DNA of 64,000 bases from positions 45,116 to 109,115 of the forward strand of contig NW_005434509.1 in the NCBI RefSeq assembly GCF_000315625.1, written 5' to 3'. The DNA comes from Guillardia theta CCMP2712. Its lineage: Eukaryota > Protista > Cryptophyta. The position numbers and the translations under genes were made by a program. The notes beneath the pieces are model-generated. The model searched no databases, was not told where the DNA came from, and saw only the letters and a program-made list of their open reading frames with translations. Shown here piece after piece: positions 50,170 to 63,500 of this stretch (within the stretch, counting starts at the first letter, position 1; each line of letters starts with the position of its first letter).

Positions 50170-50850
50170 GAGACCACCCCCTACCCCCACCCCCTAGCAC
50201 TAGATGGTTTGTCTACCCAGACCTACAACCTCCACCCCCCAAATTTAGTTGCCATCTTTCTATAACCCCAGGTCAATCCATGTAAATCACCTGCTAAGTA
50301 CCCCTTCTTTATGTCCCTTCTCGCCTGCACATGTGGAGTACCGTCGAAACTAGTACCCTACCTCTCAATTCGAGCACAGAGTACCCTTTGCACCCCCATT
50401 TTCGTCACCAACCCTGCGGGATCTGCGTAAAAGTAAAAAAACCATTATCCTAAAAGAAAAAAGAAAAAAGAAAAGGAACCAGCGAGTCACGCCGGCCACC
50501 GGCGCGGAAGTGCCGCAGTGCCCGGCCCGGTGACTCAGGACTCGCAGATCGGTCCGGACTCGGCGCCAGCCTGGGACGGGGAGCTAACACTGATCTCGGA
50601 AGTCCGACTCATCCGAACTTGGAAGCTCAAAGTCAGTTTCATAGCCAGGCTACGGCAGGCAACCCCCCCCCGGCCTCCGGCCGTTGCGGCCGGCGTGCGA
50701 TCAATGATCAACCGGCGATCATCCGGACCGGGATGATCGGATGACTCGGTTACCGCATCATCATGGCCCATTCAATTTTTTCTGCCACCTGAGTCACTGA
50801 AGTGATCCGCGATCATGACCGATCGCCGGGACGGTGCCGTTTCAAACTCG
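50170..50850. promoter_or_regulatory. Bipartite island (TACCC block 50170-50420, A-tract 50428-50475, GC-rich CCGG/GACTC/GATC block 50480-50850) between the divergent AT-hook and PDZ genes
   Basis: ctacccc and gtaccc words, then gtgactcaggactc, tcggactcgg, gatgatcgg and ccgg words. Confidence 0.5.
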
Positions 50851-51085
50851 ATGACGTTTTTTTTAGCAAAGGCAGAAAAAAAAATCATCGGAGTGAGAGG
50901 ATTTTGTGGAGCCGATTCCGACCCGATCTAAATCGATTTAAATCTGGGGGCATTCTGGGATTTTTCGATTCAATCGGAGTCGTACGTGGCTCTGATAGTA
51001 CGAAGGACATCGATTCAAATCGGTTCAAGTCGTTCCTGCTAGAACCCGACTCGATGTAACCGTCTGCCATCGAAGGAGGGCGAAG

Positions 51086-51128
51086 GACGACGAGGACGAG
51101 GACGAGGACGAGGATTAGGATGAGGACA

Positions 51129-51168
<40 letters not shown>

Positions 51169-51222
51169 AGAGGACGAGGACGAGGACGAAGACGAGGACG
51201 AGTTCGAGGACGAGGAGGAGGA
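51086..51222 (+). repeat. (GACGAG)n microsatellite
   Basis: Direct reading of the sequence. Confidence 0.9.
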
Positions 51223-51767
51223 GTGCTTCGGAGGAACTTCTGAGAGCCTGTTGAGAATTGTCGAGGCCCGGTTCTGAAACGTGGTGCGGGGTCTCTTCCG
51301 AGGACGAGAGCGCAAAGGGAGTATAGAATGGTGTAGCGATAATCTTGGGAGCCGTAAGGCTACGGTAACTTATGGAGGAGCAGGTGAAAGGAAGAGGAAA
51401 AGTTCGATCGTCTTCTCGTTAGTTCCGTGAGCATAAGAGATTCTGGGGGAAGGCAAAAGAATTTGGAGATTGGAAAGGAATGCCAGAAGTTAGAGTAGCA
51501 GAGAGGAAGGAATGGAAGAAGGAGGAAAGTACTGAATCATAGTGGAAGCACTTAAGATTACAGGAATGCAAGTCATCTGCAGGAGAATGTTGCGAGGATG
51601 GAGATGAAGTCGGATTGGAGGGAGGGAGTGCGGAACTGTTGCGTAGGAAAGAGCAGCAAACCAGAGGAGCAGAGCAGGAGCAGGATGAGAAGCCTCTGCA
51701 TGTGATGGCGTGACGACAACGATCATGGTGCATCAAGTGTGGTGGGTGGGTGTGACCATTGTAGCAG

Positions 51768-54421
51768 ATGGAGGGAGGAGACGACGACGGTATCGAGAAT
51801 TCTTCAGCCCTGCCCATGGTCTCTATCTCTAAAGAGAGCCTGTCGTACCAGGGAGAAGCGCTCTGCACCTCGCTCCTCACAGCCATCAAGACTGACGTCC
51901 TCTCAGCCAAGGAGGCGTGCTACGAGGCCATCGGAGAAAACTTCACGTCCAGGTCCACAACTGGCATCCTGCTGGAGGGGACTAAGGTAAAGCACCTCCT
52001 AGTCGGCGGTCCAGCAGCTGTGAGCAGGAACGTGACGGTCGGAGAGAACATCTACAAGGTCAATGGCATGGCGGTCGACGAGCACACAATCAGCAGTGCC
52101 ATGCTCGACCAAGACGTCCCGGGCACCTTCGTCTCCCTCTCGATGCAGGACAGCAGCTCGAGGCTCGAGGGCGTTCCCAAGGAAGTCCTGCTGCTGCGAG
52201 CGCCGACGGAGAAGCTGGCAAACCAGAACAAGATGCTGGAGTATCTGATCTCGCTCAAGACCGTCTGCCAGCACGAGGAGGCACCAAGGGCGCTGGTGCA
52301 CGATTGTATCAACCTCTGGAACAAGATGATGGTGACAGAGGAAACATACGCGCGGACGATCCTCCACAACGTGGAGGGCACGTGGAAGAAGAGCGGGGAC
52401 TTGGTGGAGCACATGCGAGCTCTGCTGAGAGCCTTCGCCAAACTGCCCGGGGAGGGTGCGGCCGACGCGGTAGGGCAGACAGAGCTCATCCTGCGCCAGC
52501 GGATCGCCTACCAGACCTCCGCCCTCGACAAGGCGGTGGAGGAGCGCGACGCCCTGCAGTCCTCCCTCCAGCGCGAGCGCGAGCTCAAGTCCGAGCTAGA
52601 GGCTGCCCTGCACAAGACGCAGGAGGAGCTGAAGGCGAGCAGGAAGTCAGCTGAAGTCGCCAGGAGCGGCAGTGCCCAGCAGGGTGGTGGGGGCGTCCCT
52701 GCCAGCCTTCAGCTGGGGAGGGAGAGGCTCGACCCGCAAACAGAGACCGCGGTCTTCTACGAGCTGATGATCGAGCGCCAGCTCACTGCCCGGCTGCAGA
52801 CCGAGCTGGAGGCGACGACGGCGGCGCTGAGGCTGAGCGAGGGGGAGCAGAGGAGGCTGCAGCGGCAGGAGGGGATCCTGAAGGAGCAGGTGGAAGCGCT
52901 GAGAGACTCGCTGCAGAAGGAGGTCAACGAGATTCAGCTGCTGCTCGACGAGATCTACCACCAGCGATCCGAGCACGAGAGCTTCCGCAACGAGGCAGCG
53001 GTCGCTCAGGTCTGGGCCAAGGAGGCCGTGCAGGCTGGGAACGCCAGGGCGGCGGCCCTTGAAGCAGAGCTCTCGAAGCAATCGAGCTTCAGCATGACCC
53101 TGGAGTACAACAAGGAGGTGGCGGAGGAGAAGGTGCGGATGCTTGCGCTGGAGGTGGAGAGGAAGGAGCAGGAGAAGGAGGAGATGGCTCTGCTCTGCCG
53201 GCAGCTGGAGGAGGACAGGAGGGTGTCCGAGGCAGACGCTGCGGCCGTGAGGGCGCAGATGTTGGTGATGGGCAACGAGCTTCGGGCGATGGAGGAGGAG
53301 GTTGCCAAGGCAGCCGCTGCTCTGATCGTTGAGAGGGAGAGGTCCAGGGAGGTGGAGCTGCAGCGGGACCGCGCGCTCTTGCAGTTCCAGCAGACGGCGA
53401 GGATGCGCGAGGAACGCTCCCCCTCCCCCCAGGCGAGGTACGAGGAGGCGCTGGGCAGACTCAGGAGGACGAGAGCTCTAGAGCAGGAGACAAGGGAATT
53501 CTATCAGTACCAGATGGCGTTGGAGTCTTCCGGCCTGCTCAGGTTCAGGAGCCCCGTCCCCGTCGTCCCCGCTGCCTCCTCCTCCTCCCCCCGCCTGGAG
53601 GCGTTATCGCCGCTCCAGCGGTCGATCGATCGAGCCGCCCGCTCGCTCTCGCCTCCTCGCCGATCGACTCGCTTCCCCTCCCCGTCGCCGATGAAGAGCA
53701 ACGGGACCACGTACGTTGTCGCAGCAGAGCTCGCTTCCTCCTCCTCCCTCACGCAGACCGCCGGGGTCGGCCTCCTCCTGTCACACACTATCGACAACAA
53801 GTTTGTGGTTGACTCCGTGATCCCTGACGGGGCCGCAGCGAGAGAAGGACAGATAGAGGTGAGGAGAGGAAGAGGGAGGAGTGAGAGGGGGGATGAGAGG
53901 GGGGGAGGAGGTAGGAGAGGAAGGAGGAATCGGGGAAGTCAACGAGGGAAGGAAGAGAAAGCAGGACCGAAAGGAGAGGAAGGGAGAGGAGAGGAAGGGA
54001 AGGGAGAGCAGAGGAGGGGACGGGAGAGGACGGGAGGATTGCGTTGGCGGTGCTACAGGAGAGGATGTGACTGGACTTCCTGCAGGTGCGGGACGAGATC
54101 GAGCGAGTCGACGGGATCAGCCCGAAGAACTTGAGCGAACTGCAGAGCCTCGTCCAGGTAAAGATAGGAGGGAAAGAGACAGAAGGGGAGGGAGAGAACA
54201 TTTCTCCTCGTGCTCCTGCTCCTGCCCCTGCTCCTGCCCCTGCTCCTGCCCCTGCTATTGCCCTTGCTCCTGCTCCTGCTCCCCTCTGATCCGCATGCCA
54301 GGGCCCTCCGAACTCTGCTGTCATCCTTGACGTGCTTCGCGCTGGCATCTCCTTCCGCGTGATCCTCCGCAGACAAGCTTCTTCCTACAGCATCCCACAG
54401 GCAGACCTGAGCCCTCCTCGA
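51768..54421 (+). CDS. PDZ - long coiled coil - PDZ protein; 3' end uncertain near the gap
   Basis: N-terminal PDZ-like TTGILLEGTKVKHLLVGGPAAVSRNVTVGENIYKVNG..DVPGTFVSL and an E/Q/R/L-rich heptad region. The C-terminal PDZ AGVGLLL..FVVDSVIPDGAAAREGQIE|VRDEIERVDG..LVQ|GPPNSAVILDVLR assembles across introns 53859-54085 and 54158-54301. Confidence 0.75.
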
Positions 54422-54657
54422 GGTCGACCGAGAACCTCCCCCCGTCTCCTTCCTCATTCCTCCCTTCCTTTCCTTCCTCCTTCCTCCTTCCTCTACTCCT
54501 CCCCTTGCGGCCTCCCTCTCCCTCTCCCTCTCCCTCTCCCTCTCCCTCTCCCTCTCCTCCTCCCTCTCCTCTCCCTCTCCCTCTCCCCCTCCCTCTCCCT
54601 CTCCCCCTCCCTCTCCCTCTCCCTCTCCCTCTCCCTCTCCCTCCAGCCGACTCCCTA

Positions 54658-54757
54658 NNNNNNNNNNNNNNNNNNNNNNNNNNNNNNNNNNNNNNNNNNN
54701 NNNNNNNNNNNNNNNNNNNNNNNNNNNNNNNNNNNNNNNNNNNNNNNNNNNNNNNNN
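54658..54757. other. Assembly gap (100 N)
   Basis: Run of n flanked by (CTCC)n and (GAG)n. Confidence 0.99.
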
Positions 54758-54902
54758 GGAGAAGTCAGGACGAGGAGGACGAGGACGAAGAGGAGGAGAA
54801 GTCAGGAGGAGGAGGAGGAGTCAGGAGGAGGAGGAGGAGGAGGAGGAGGAGGAGAAGTCAGGAGGAGGAGAAGGAGGAGGAGGAGGAGGAGGATTCTGTT
54901 AC

Positions 54903-56033
54903 CTTTCTTTCACCTTCTCAACCAGCTGAGCTTTCTCGGAAATTCCAACAGAGGAGACTCCTCGTTGATGTAAAAGATCCTTGAGTTCCTGAGAGAAGCA
55001 AAGGATCACGGTTCTGGTAGGATCGTCAAGTAAACAAGACGCGCTCAGGAGGATGGGGATGATAGGATGATGATGATCATGATGATGATGATGATGATGA
55101 GGAGGAGGAGGAGGAGGAGGAGGAGGAGGTGGTGGTGGTGGTGGTGGTGGTGGAGGAGGAGGAGGAGAAGGAGGAGGAAAGGGGCGGAGAGAAGAAGGGA
55201 GGGGGTACAGTAAGGGAGATCAAGACGCGGCGAGCAGGAGAGGGCAGATATGACAAGTCGCACCTTCACCCTCATCTCCTCCACGGGCTTCGGGAGCTTC
55301 GAAAGAGCCTCCTCCCTTCGCTTGCTAACATCTTCTTCATCGCGGAGGCCTACCTCTGTCACATCCCACCGTCAGCGACGATCGCTGGAGAGCAAGCACA
55401 GGCATGCTCAGCATTTCCTCCCCTCGTAGGTTCCCATGAACTTCTCCTCCTCTCCTACCCCTCTCTTTCGAACTCTTGGAAGCGCATCAACAACCGGGTC
55501 GGGTATTACAATCACTAACGACTGAGGAGGATTAGCTCTTTCGTACATTCATCGCCCTTGTCCTAACGGTCTCCATCACTCCCATCTACCCCTTTGCTTG
55601 CTTCTTCCATCATGATCCTGACGTCATCCTCCTCTACCTCCTCCTCCACCCGCAGCTTTGCTTTCCTCTGCTTGCTCTAGTTCCTTCTCAGCATCTCCAG
55701 CTCAATCGCACACCTCCATCCTCTATCTTGCGTGCTCTGCTCTGCCATCGCATCCGCTCATCTACTCCAGCTCCCATGTCTCCACCAAAATCAACTCTAT
55801 CAAAGTCCTCCCTACTCTCAGTCTTGCCAAATTCTGCTCCTGCCCCTGCCCCTGCCCCTGCTCCTGCCCCTGCCCCTGCTCCTGCTCCTGCTCCTGCTCT
55901 CATTCCTGCTCCCTCTCTCACTCCTGATCCTGCTCTCACTCCTGCTCCTGCTCTCATCGTGCTCATGGACATGCTCCTGATGAATTCCTTATCATCCCCA
56001 CCCTGATCTTCTCCACTTACTTTCTTCCGCCAT
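54903..56033 (-). CDS. Spliced protein with a SAP-like (ARMET_C/MANF-type) helix-loop-helix motif; 3' end lies toward the gap
   Basis: An exon ending at 55264 (..ALSKLPKPVEEMRVK) spliced via intron 54989-55263 to exon 54903-54988 (ELKDLLHQRGVSSVGISEKAQLVEKVKE) reconstitutes the ..M.VKELK..L..RGV...G..EK..LV..V motif. Candidate start is ATG GCG GAA GAA A|gtaagt at 56033. Confidence 0.55.
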
Positions 56034-56079
56034 GATCATTACGGCCGCAAGCAAAGCCAGGCATATTGCTGATCGCATT

Positions 56080-56870
56080 CCAAACCACCCCTTGCGGTAT
56101 CCACCCCCTCCATTTCCCAATACCACCCTAGAGAGAGAATAGTTATGCTACCCACCCCTCAATTATCACAACGTCCCTTGGTATTATGCACCGGTGTATA
56201 AATACCTCGAAAGTACCCCTCCCTTCTACTATCACCTACCCCCAAATTCCACGTCACTCTGTCCAATCGAAAAGCTCGTTACTACACACCAAAGATGACG
56301 ATTAAAATGAGTAATACAAATGAAACGTTGTGAAAAGCTGTCCTGGAGGGTTCGTAAATGTCAACAAAGTTATTTTCGAATAGATCACGCTCTGACAAAT
56401 CTCATGAATAGTCTTTTCGAGAGCTAATCCAATATTGTCTCTGATATGAAGTCTTTTCATATTTTCTACATGATAGTACCCCTTTGTCGACATTTCAAAC
56501 TACCCCTTCTTCCCCCAAATTTTAAAACAATGTATCTTTAAATATAATTTTTCAGACTGTTCTCTACCCCCCAGCCCACCCCCTCGAGTCAACAAACCTC
56601 AGCACGGAAATCAGACCACCCTACCCCCATGTTGCACATTGTGGAACAGAACCCACGAGGTACACAGTTACTATGTTCTCAGTACCCGTCATTCACTTTG
56701 TTTATGAATGATAAGAAGGTGGGTGAATATACACCCTTGTTACAACTGACCCCAAAGTTACCACCACCCACCCCACATTAGAGCGTTCTACCACCCTCTT
56801 TCTTCTGCCTCCCTTACTATTCACCACCCGGTATGTACCCCTACCCCCTCGAGTTACCACTACCCCTTCA
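56080..56870. promoter_or_regulatory. C-skewed TACCC/CACCC island between the divergent SAP-like gene and Sin3
   Basis: Recurring tacccc, gtaccc and ccacccc words, the reverse complement of the GGGGTA vocabulary; no credible ORF. Confidence 0.5.
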
Positions 56871-57592
56871 GCCCTCGCTTGCTCCTCCTCCCTCCGCCTC
56901 TCTCCCTTATTACCCTACTCACTTCCTGACTCCTGCCCCTGCTCCTGCTCCATCCCCTGCTCCTGCTCCATCCCCTGCTCCTGCTCCATCCCCTGCTCCT
57001 GCTCCATCCCCTGCTCCTGCTCCCCCTGCCCCTGCCCCTGCCCCTGCCCCTGCCCCTGCCCCTGCTCCTGCTCCTGCCCCTGCCCCTGCCCCTGCCCCTG
57101 CCCCTGCCCCTGCCCCTGCTCCTCCTCTATCCTGCTCCTCCTTTCCCTCTGCTTCGTCCCTCATGTTCCTCTCGGCCTTCTCCTCGTCCTCCCCTTCCAT
57201 CCTGTCTTCACCTGTCCTGACCTTTTCTACCCCCTTTATCGGCCCTGCTTTCTTCTAAAACATCTATCCTCACAAGATTCTACATCTTGTTTTCCTAGTT
57301 ACCATCACCGTTCTGCCTTCATCTTCTATTCCAAATCTCATTCAACGTCATCACTTCCTCTCAGCCCTCGACCATCACCTCGCCCCTAAGTTGCCCTCCT
57401 TCCTCTCTGCCTAAAGTACTTGACGATTCTATTCTTAAAGTCATTTTGCTTGTTTGATCCGTTCATGGGCAGGAGCAGGAAGATTTGTTTCCTCGTTGTC
57501 AGGCGTTAAGGGTATTCAATGGATACACATGGGCAAAGTTCTTGTGGACTAAACCAGGAACTGATAGGAACTAGATTTACTCTCTGACCTCG

Positions 57593-60500
57593 ATGAATCC
57601 GAACAGATTGCCCTTCCTCCCGGTTGGGGGGGATTGGAGCAACTCAGGACTGTTAGGAGCCTCCCAGTCCTCTTCCTCAGGGCAGCCCTTGTTTCTCAAT
57701 TTCTTGCCCAGGGAAAATTCCCCTGATTTGGCGGCCCTCCATGCGTTACAGAACGATCCGAACCTCAGGAACAGCATGCTCCTGTACAACAACATGAAGG
57801 TTGAAGAAGCTGCCCGGAATGCTCAGCAGACTTCCGAGCTGCAATCGAGGTTGGCGCGGCCGAGCTCGAGTCTACCGACAAGCGCCGCTAAGCCTGCCCC
57901 TCCTGCCGCCAGCATCGCGCCGAAGCGAGACCCGGCGCAGATGAGTAAGCAGAGCATCCAAGAGTACGATGCGTTGGAGTACTTGAACCAAGTGCGGCTG
58001 CGATTTGCACACGAACCCCCTGTGTACAACGCCTTCCTGAACATCATGAAGGAGTTCAAGTCGCAGGAGATCAGTACCTCGGTGTGTGTTGTTGCTCTCC
58101 GTCACCTGTGCCCTCCTGCTCTCTGACTTGTTGCTCTGATCGACCAACAGGCTGTCACTGCCAAGGTCTCGAAACTCTTTGCTGGACATCAAGATCTAGT
58201 CCAAGGTTTCAACAACTTTCTTCCCCCCGCTGAGCAGGTTGGCTCAGATACTGTGTTCAACTTATCCTCCCTGTTCACCTCATGGTTCGCCTTCTGACCT
58301 GCTTCTCTCCCCAGGCACAAGCTCGTGAGCAGTCAAATCAGGAGAGAAGCTTTCAACCGCCGGCAGGTTCGCAAGCAAGTCGAGTCTCAGCACCGCCCTC
58401 CTTCATTCAGCATCCCAAAGTCGCAAAGCCGGCAGAGCAAGCAGTCAAGAAGGACAAGAAGCCCAAGAGCTCTGGGGGTGAAAGTCACGGACAAGCAGCA
58501 CAAGTCCCTCAGGTGGGAAGCATCCATGGTTCCTGTCTTTGATTCTGAGCTGCCTCTCAGTCCGAGGACCGGGACAGCGCCTTCACGTATGTCGCGAGGA
58601 TACGAGCGCGTTTTGAGCATCGCCCCAACGTTTATAGGTAGACAAGTTATTGCTTGCAGCGTATCCAAGTATGTGATCTCATCTCAACAGAGAATTTCTT
58701 GAAGTCCTCCAGAAGTACAAACAGAACGTCTACGACATCTCCCGGGTCAAAGGAGAGGTTGTTCATGATCCTTCTGCCGTGGCAAGGAGCTTGTTGCTGA
58801 ATTTTTTGACAGGTCACAAGATTGTTCGATGGGCATCCAGACCTTCTCCGTCAATTCTCAATCTTCCTCCCCGATGACTACGTGAGTTGCTCGAGACGTT
58901 GTTCGCTTCTCCGGCTGAGACTGTGTGCTGCAGCATGATGAGTCTCAGGGCAAGGGGGAGGCGTCCAAGTCAAAGGGATCACATTCCTCCACTCACGGCA
59001 AGAAGCAGGACCAAAAGATGTCAGAAAAGGGCTCGGCAGATGGAGCAGCGGACAAGTCAGACAGGACCGACGGTCAAGACCGGAACGTTGCAGACAAGTC
59101 AAATGACAAGTCCGGAGGGAAGTCGAGCTCGAAGAAGAAGCCGAAAGTTGTAAGTTTTGCTGCCTTGTGCTAGCGAGCAGAAGCTCTTCTTGACATGCCG
59201 ACGTCGTTGCAGGAGAAGGAGAAGCCGTGGGAGCCTGAACCCGACGACGTCAACGGACAGCTCCTGGTAACTCAGCACGAAGGCCTGTCGGTGTTCTGAC
59301 CCATAGTGCGTCCTTTCTACAGTACACCATTGGGAAAGAATTACGACAGGGGGGGGTCGACAAGCAGAATGATTTCCTCAAATGCCTGGACTTGCACGTC
59401 GAGGGAGTCTTGAGCGCTGAGGAACTCGTCACGGTCGTGCATGTAAGATGAGGAGGGGGGAAGGAAGAGGAGACGCAGGATGAGGAAGGGAAGGAGGAAG
59501 ACGAAGAGGAGGAGGAGGACCAGGAGAGGAAGGAGGAGGACGAAGAGGAGGAGGAGGACGAAGAGGAGGAGGAGGACAGGAGAGGAAGGAGGAGGACGAA
59601 GAGGAGGAGGAGGACAAGGAGAGGAAGGAGGAGGTTGACAAGGTGCGACAGGAATCAATGATATCCACCTCCAACTTGAAGAAGCTCTACGGACCGTTCA
59701 AGGCGATGATCGGAGCCAAACAGTCCGAGACGCTTCCCATAAGCGAGGTGAGTCGGGAGGGTTCTGCTGGGGGAACTGCTGTCACCTTGACCTCCCAGCT
59801 GGACTTCTCTCACTGTCCACGGTCGGGAGTGAGTTATAGGAAGCTGCCCAAGGTGCGTCCCGACGCTCGCGGGGGAGGTCAGGGAGGTGACGGAGGTGCA
59901 GGACTACATCCCACCGCTGTGCTCGTCAAGGACGCCGTTCCAAGACAGCGTCCTCAACGACGACTGGGTCCGGCGCCTTGACTTGCTCCTGACGTTCTTA
60001 CTCGTTCCCCGTAGGTGTCGCTGGCCAACGGGCGAGAGGACTTCCTGCACATGAAGCGAACCCAGTACGAGATCGCGATGTTCCTGTGCGAGGACGACAG
60101 GCAAGTCCAGTTGTAACTCTCCTGACGGCCTCTCAACGAGTCTCGTCATCAGATACGAACTGGACATGCTGATCGAAGCGAATATCTCAACCATAAGGGC
60201 CATCAAGGCCAAGATCGCTGAGTACGAGGGGAAGCAGGAGAGGTCCGATGGCGTCAACTCGAGCAACGGCTCGACGAGCAAGGAGCCCGGGGTTGAGGTT
60301 CAAGCGAGATCGATGGTGACTGACGCGGTCGGCCGGCTGGTGCTGAAAAGTTGAGCAACAGGGCGAGGCTCTCAAGCCAAGGCACATGAAGATCATCCAG
60401 GTAAGAGCTCGAGGGCAGGAGGAGAGCAGACGAAGAATGTAGAGGAGAGGGAAGGGGCGAAGGAGGGAGAAGAGGGTGTTGACTAATTTTCAGATGGTCT

Positions 60501-63500
60501 ACGCGGATCACTGGCCTGAGATTGCGCACAACCTCTTCCGACGAGCGCCAGTCACAACCCTCAACGTGAGTTTGACCTGCCGTTGACCTGCTCTTGACCT
60601 GCCCTTGACCTGCCGCGCTCTTCTCCTTTGACGTCTCGGCGCCTCCTCTGACTGCCTCCCAGGTTGTGCTCAAACGCCTGGAGCACAAGGACGCGGAGTG
60701 GAGGAAGACGAGGAGGGACATGAACAAGATCTGGTCGCAGGTATCATGAGGCATGGCAGGAGGTAAGGTCTGACGCGGATGTCAGGTCTACCTCAAGAAC
60801 TACCACAAGAGCCTGGACTACCGAAGCTTCCAGTTCAAACAGGCCGATAAGAAGGCACTCAGCCAGCAGGTCCCCCGCCTAGCTCTCGCCTCCTCCTCCT
60901 CCCAACTCCTGCCCCACTCATTTCATCTCCTCGCGCCTCCTCTCCTCGCCTTCTTCTCATCTTACCTCCTCCTCTTGTCTGCTCCTGCTCTCGCCTCTTC
61001 CTCCTCTCCCTTGATCTTCTTTTACCTCCTCCTCTCGCCTCGTCGTCGTCCTCCTCACTCCGTATGCACTCAGTCCCTCGCTCAAGAAGCCAAGATCGTC
61101 CGCCGTCAGGCCTCCCTCCAGCCTACCCTCTCCCCTTGCCTCAAGTTCCTCATGCCGGATCAAGAGGTGACAATTATGAATGGCTGCCCTTAGCTCCTAA
61201 CGTTCCCCTCAAGGTCCATGACGACATCTTTTCCATCCTCCTCCTCAGCCTCCCCAACGACGCTCTCCCCAGCCTCGCTGATAGGGTCGAGCAGTTCTTC
61301 AAGAGGTTCCTGCATGTCTTCCTTGGGTTTCGCAAGCGAGACTACGAGGAGATCGTCCGCTCTGTCTCGGCCGCCAACGTCCAGGCCAGCAGCGACTCTC
61401 AGGTCCAGGTGACGGGCAGCGACGACCCCTCCGCCTCCGCTGCGGGGGACCAGGATAACGGGATGTCCGGCTACGGGGAGTTCGTGGAGGAGGAGGAGGA
61501 GGAGAAGGCTATCAGCCAGGAGGCGATCCTGGACGAGAGCAGCATGGACGTCGAGGAGTTTGAGCACCGCAGGGAACATGCGGGGAGGAGGCTGAGTGCT
61601 GCTGGGAAGGAGAACGGCGGGTCAGAGGACCGGGCTGAGTCCAAGGGAACGGAGGAGCAGGTGGAGGACGTGCTGGAGGAGGTGATCAAGGCCGTCAGCG
61701 GCGACTCCTTGGAGTCGGGGAAGCAGCTGAGCAGCATCGAGGACCTGGACGTGGCCATGATGAATGTTGTGAAGCAGGCGGCGGAGGCGGTGAGCAAGGG
61801 GACGGACGAGTCCGTGTACCGCTCGCTGTTCCCCTCCCCTACGACCTTCTTCGAGCCCGAGGTAGAGGGCAAGAAGGAAGAGAGGAGCACGAGGGAGAGC
61901 AGGAGCAAGGCACGAGCGAGGGAGCTCGGGGTGAACGAGAGCGACGTCGACTACACCTCCTCCTACAAGCCTCCTGTCGACAGCTACCAGGCACCGACCT
62001 ACGTCCCTCCCGTGGCCGAGGAGGAGAAGGAGGAGGAGAAAGTCAAGGACGTTTGCAAGGAAGACATCTGGCAGACGGTCTACACCTTCCCCGACTTCTC
62101 CCCCCTGAGCTTGCGAGACTTGCCCAGCGAGAGGAGCAGCAGCCAGGTAGCTGGGGCGGAGCCGGAGGAGACGAGCATCCTGTACGGGAACCTGAAGTGC
62201 TACTACTTCTTCCGGCTGTACCAGAAGATGTACGAGAGGCTGACCAAGGCCAAGGAGCTCGCGCAGACGCAGGATGATCGCCTGAGGAGGGACGAGGAGG
62301 AGAAGGCGGAGGAGCTGCTGAGAAAGGCCATGAGCTCACAGGACGTCTCGCAAGACGCGGACGCGGCGAGTGCAGCCGGTGATGGCATGAAGGGGATGCC
62401 TGGCTCGACCTACAAGACGTTCATGGACATGGTGGCGAGGCTGGTCAAGGGGACGCTGGACTCAGCTGACTTCGAGGAAGGCTGCCGGGTCACGCTCGGT
62501 ACCTCCTCGTATGAAGTCTTCACGCTCGAGTGGCTGTCGGATCAGCTGCTGCGGCTCGCTCGAGCGCTGGCGGGGGAGGATGCCAAGAGCCCCAACGGAG
62601 GCTCCTGCTTCGTCTCCCTATTCGAGTACCAGCACCTTCAGAACGGAGGGTTCGGCCCAGTGTATGAGGCGAACGCGAGGAGGCTGGCGGGCAGCGGCGA
62701 CTGCTACGCTTTCTTCTACGACAGGACGAGCGCTTCCCTCTCCATCTCCCTCCACCTCGTGGACACGCCTGAGAGCAAGGATCTGCGCGAGCGGGAGAAA
62801 TCAGACCGGGTCCAGTCCCCCTCGGAGGAGGAGCATCCGGATGAAGCTGAGGACGAGAGCAAGGTCCTGGTGCCACTACTGATGGGGAGGAATGTAAGGG
62901 CAGGCAGCAAGGCCCTCGGCGACGCGGTGGTGGGCGTGTACGAGAGGAGCGAGTTGGTGGTGCATGCGAACGGGGGAGAGCACGAGTTCGAGGCGCACAC
63001 GAGCGACGGGATGTGGCGATCGAAGAAGATGAGGAGCAACAGGAAGGAGTACAACATCCATCGACGGTCTGCGAAGCTGCGCAAGTGGCAGGAGGAGCAT
63101 GTGGAGCAGTTGGTGGCGCAGGAGGAGATGGAGATGAGGATGAAGAATGCTAATGATGACCGGCGGTCAGCAGCTTTGTTGCGAATGCTGGATGACGCGA
63201 TGGATAGGGAGTTGATGGGGAACAAGGACAGCAACTTGATCTCCAATTCGAACAGCGTTGCAGGGACTCCGCACAGTGGATGGGAGGAGGAGGAGGAGGA
63301 GGACGGAGAGAAGGAGGAGCAAGACGAAGAGAAGGAGGACGAAGGAGGGAAGGAGGAAGACGAAGCGAAGAAGGAGGAGGGGGAGGGGCAGGAGGGGCCG
63401 GTGACGAGGAAGAGGAGGCTGAACTTGCAAGGGGAGGAGTCGAGGAGCGTGTCTGCCTCCCCTGCCCCCCGAGAGCGTCGCCGGATCGTCTTCGTGTGCA

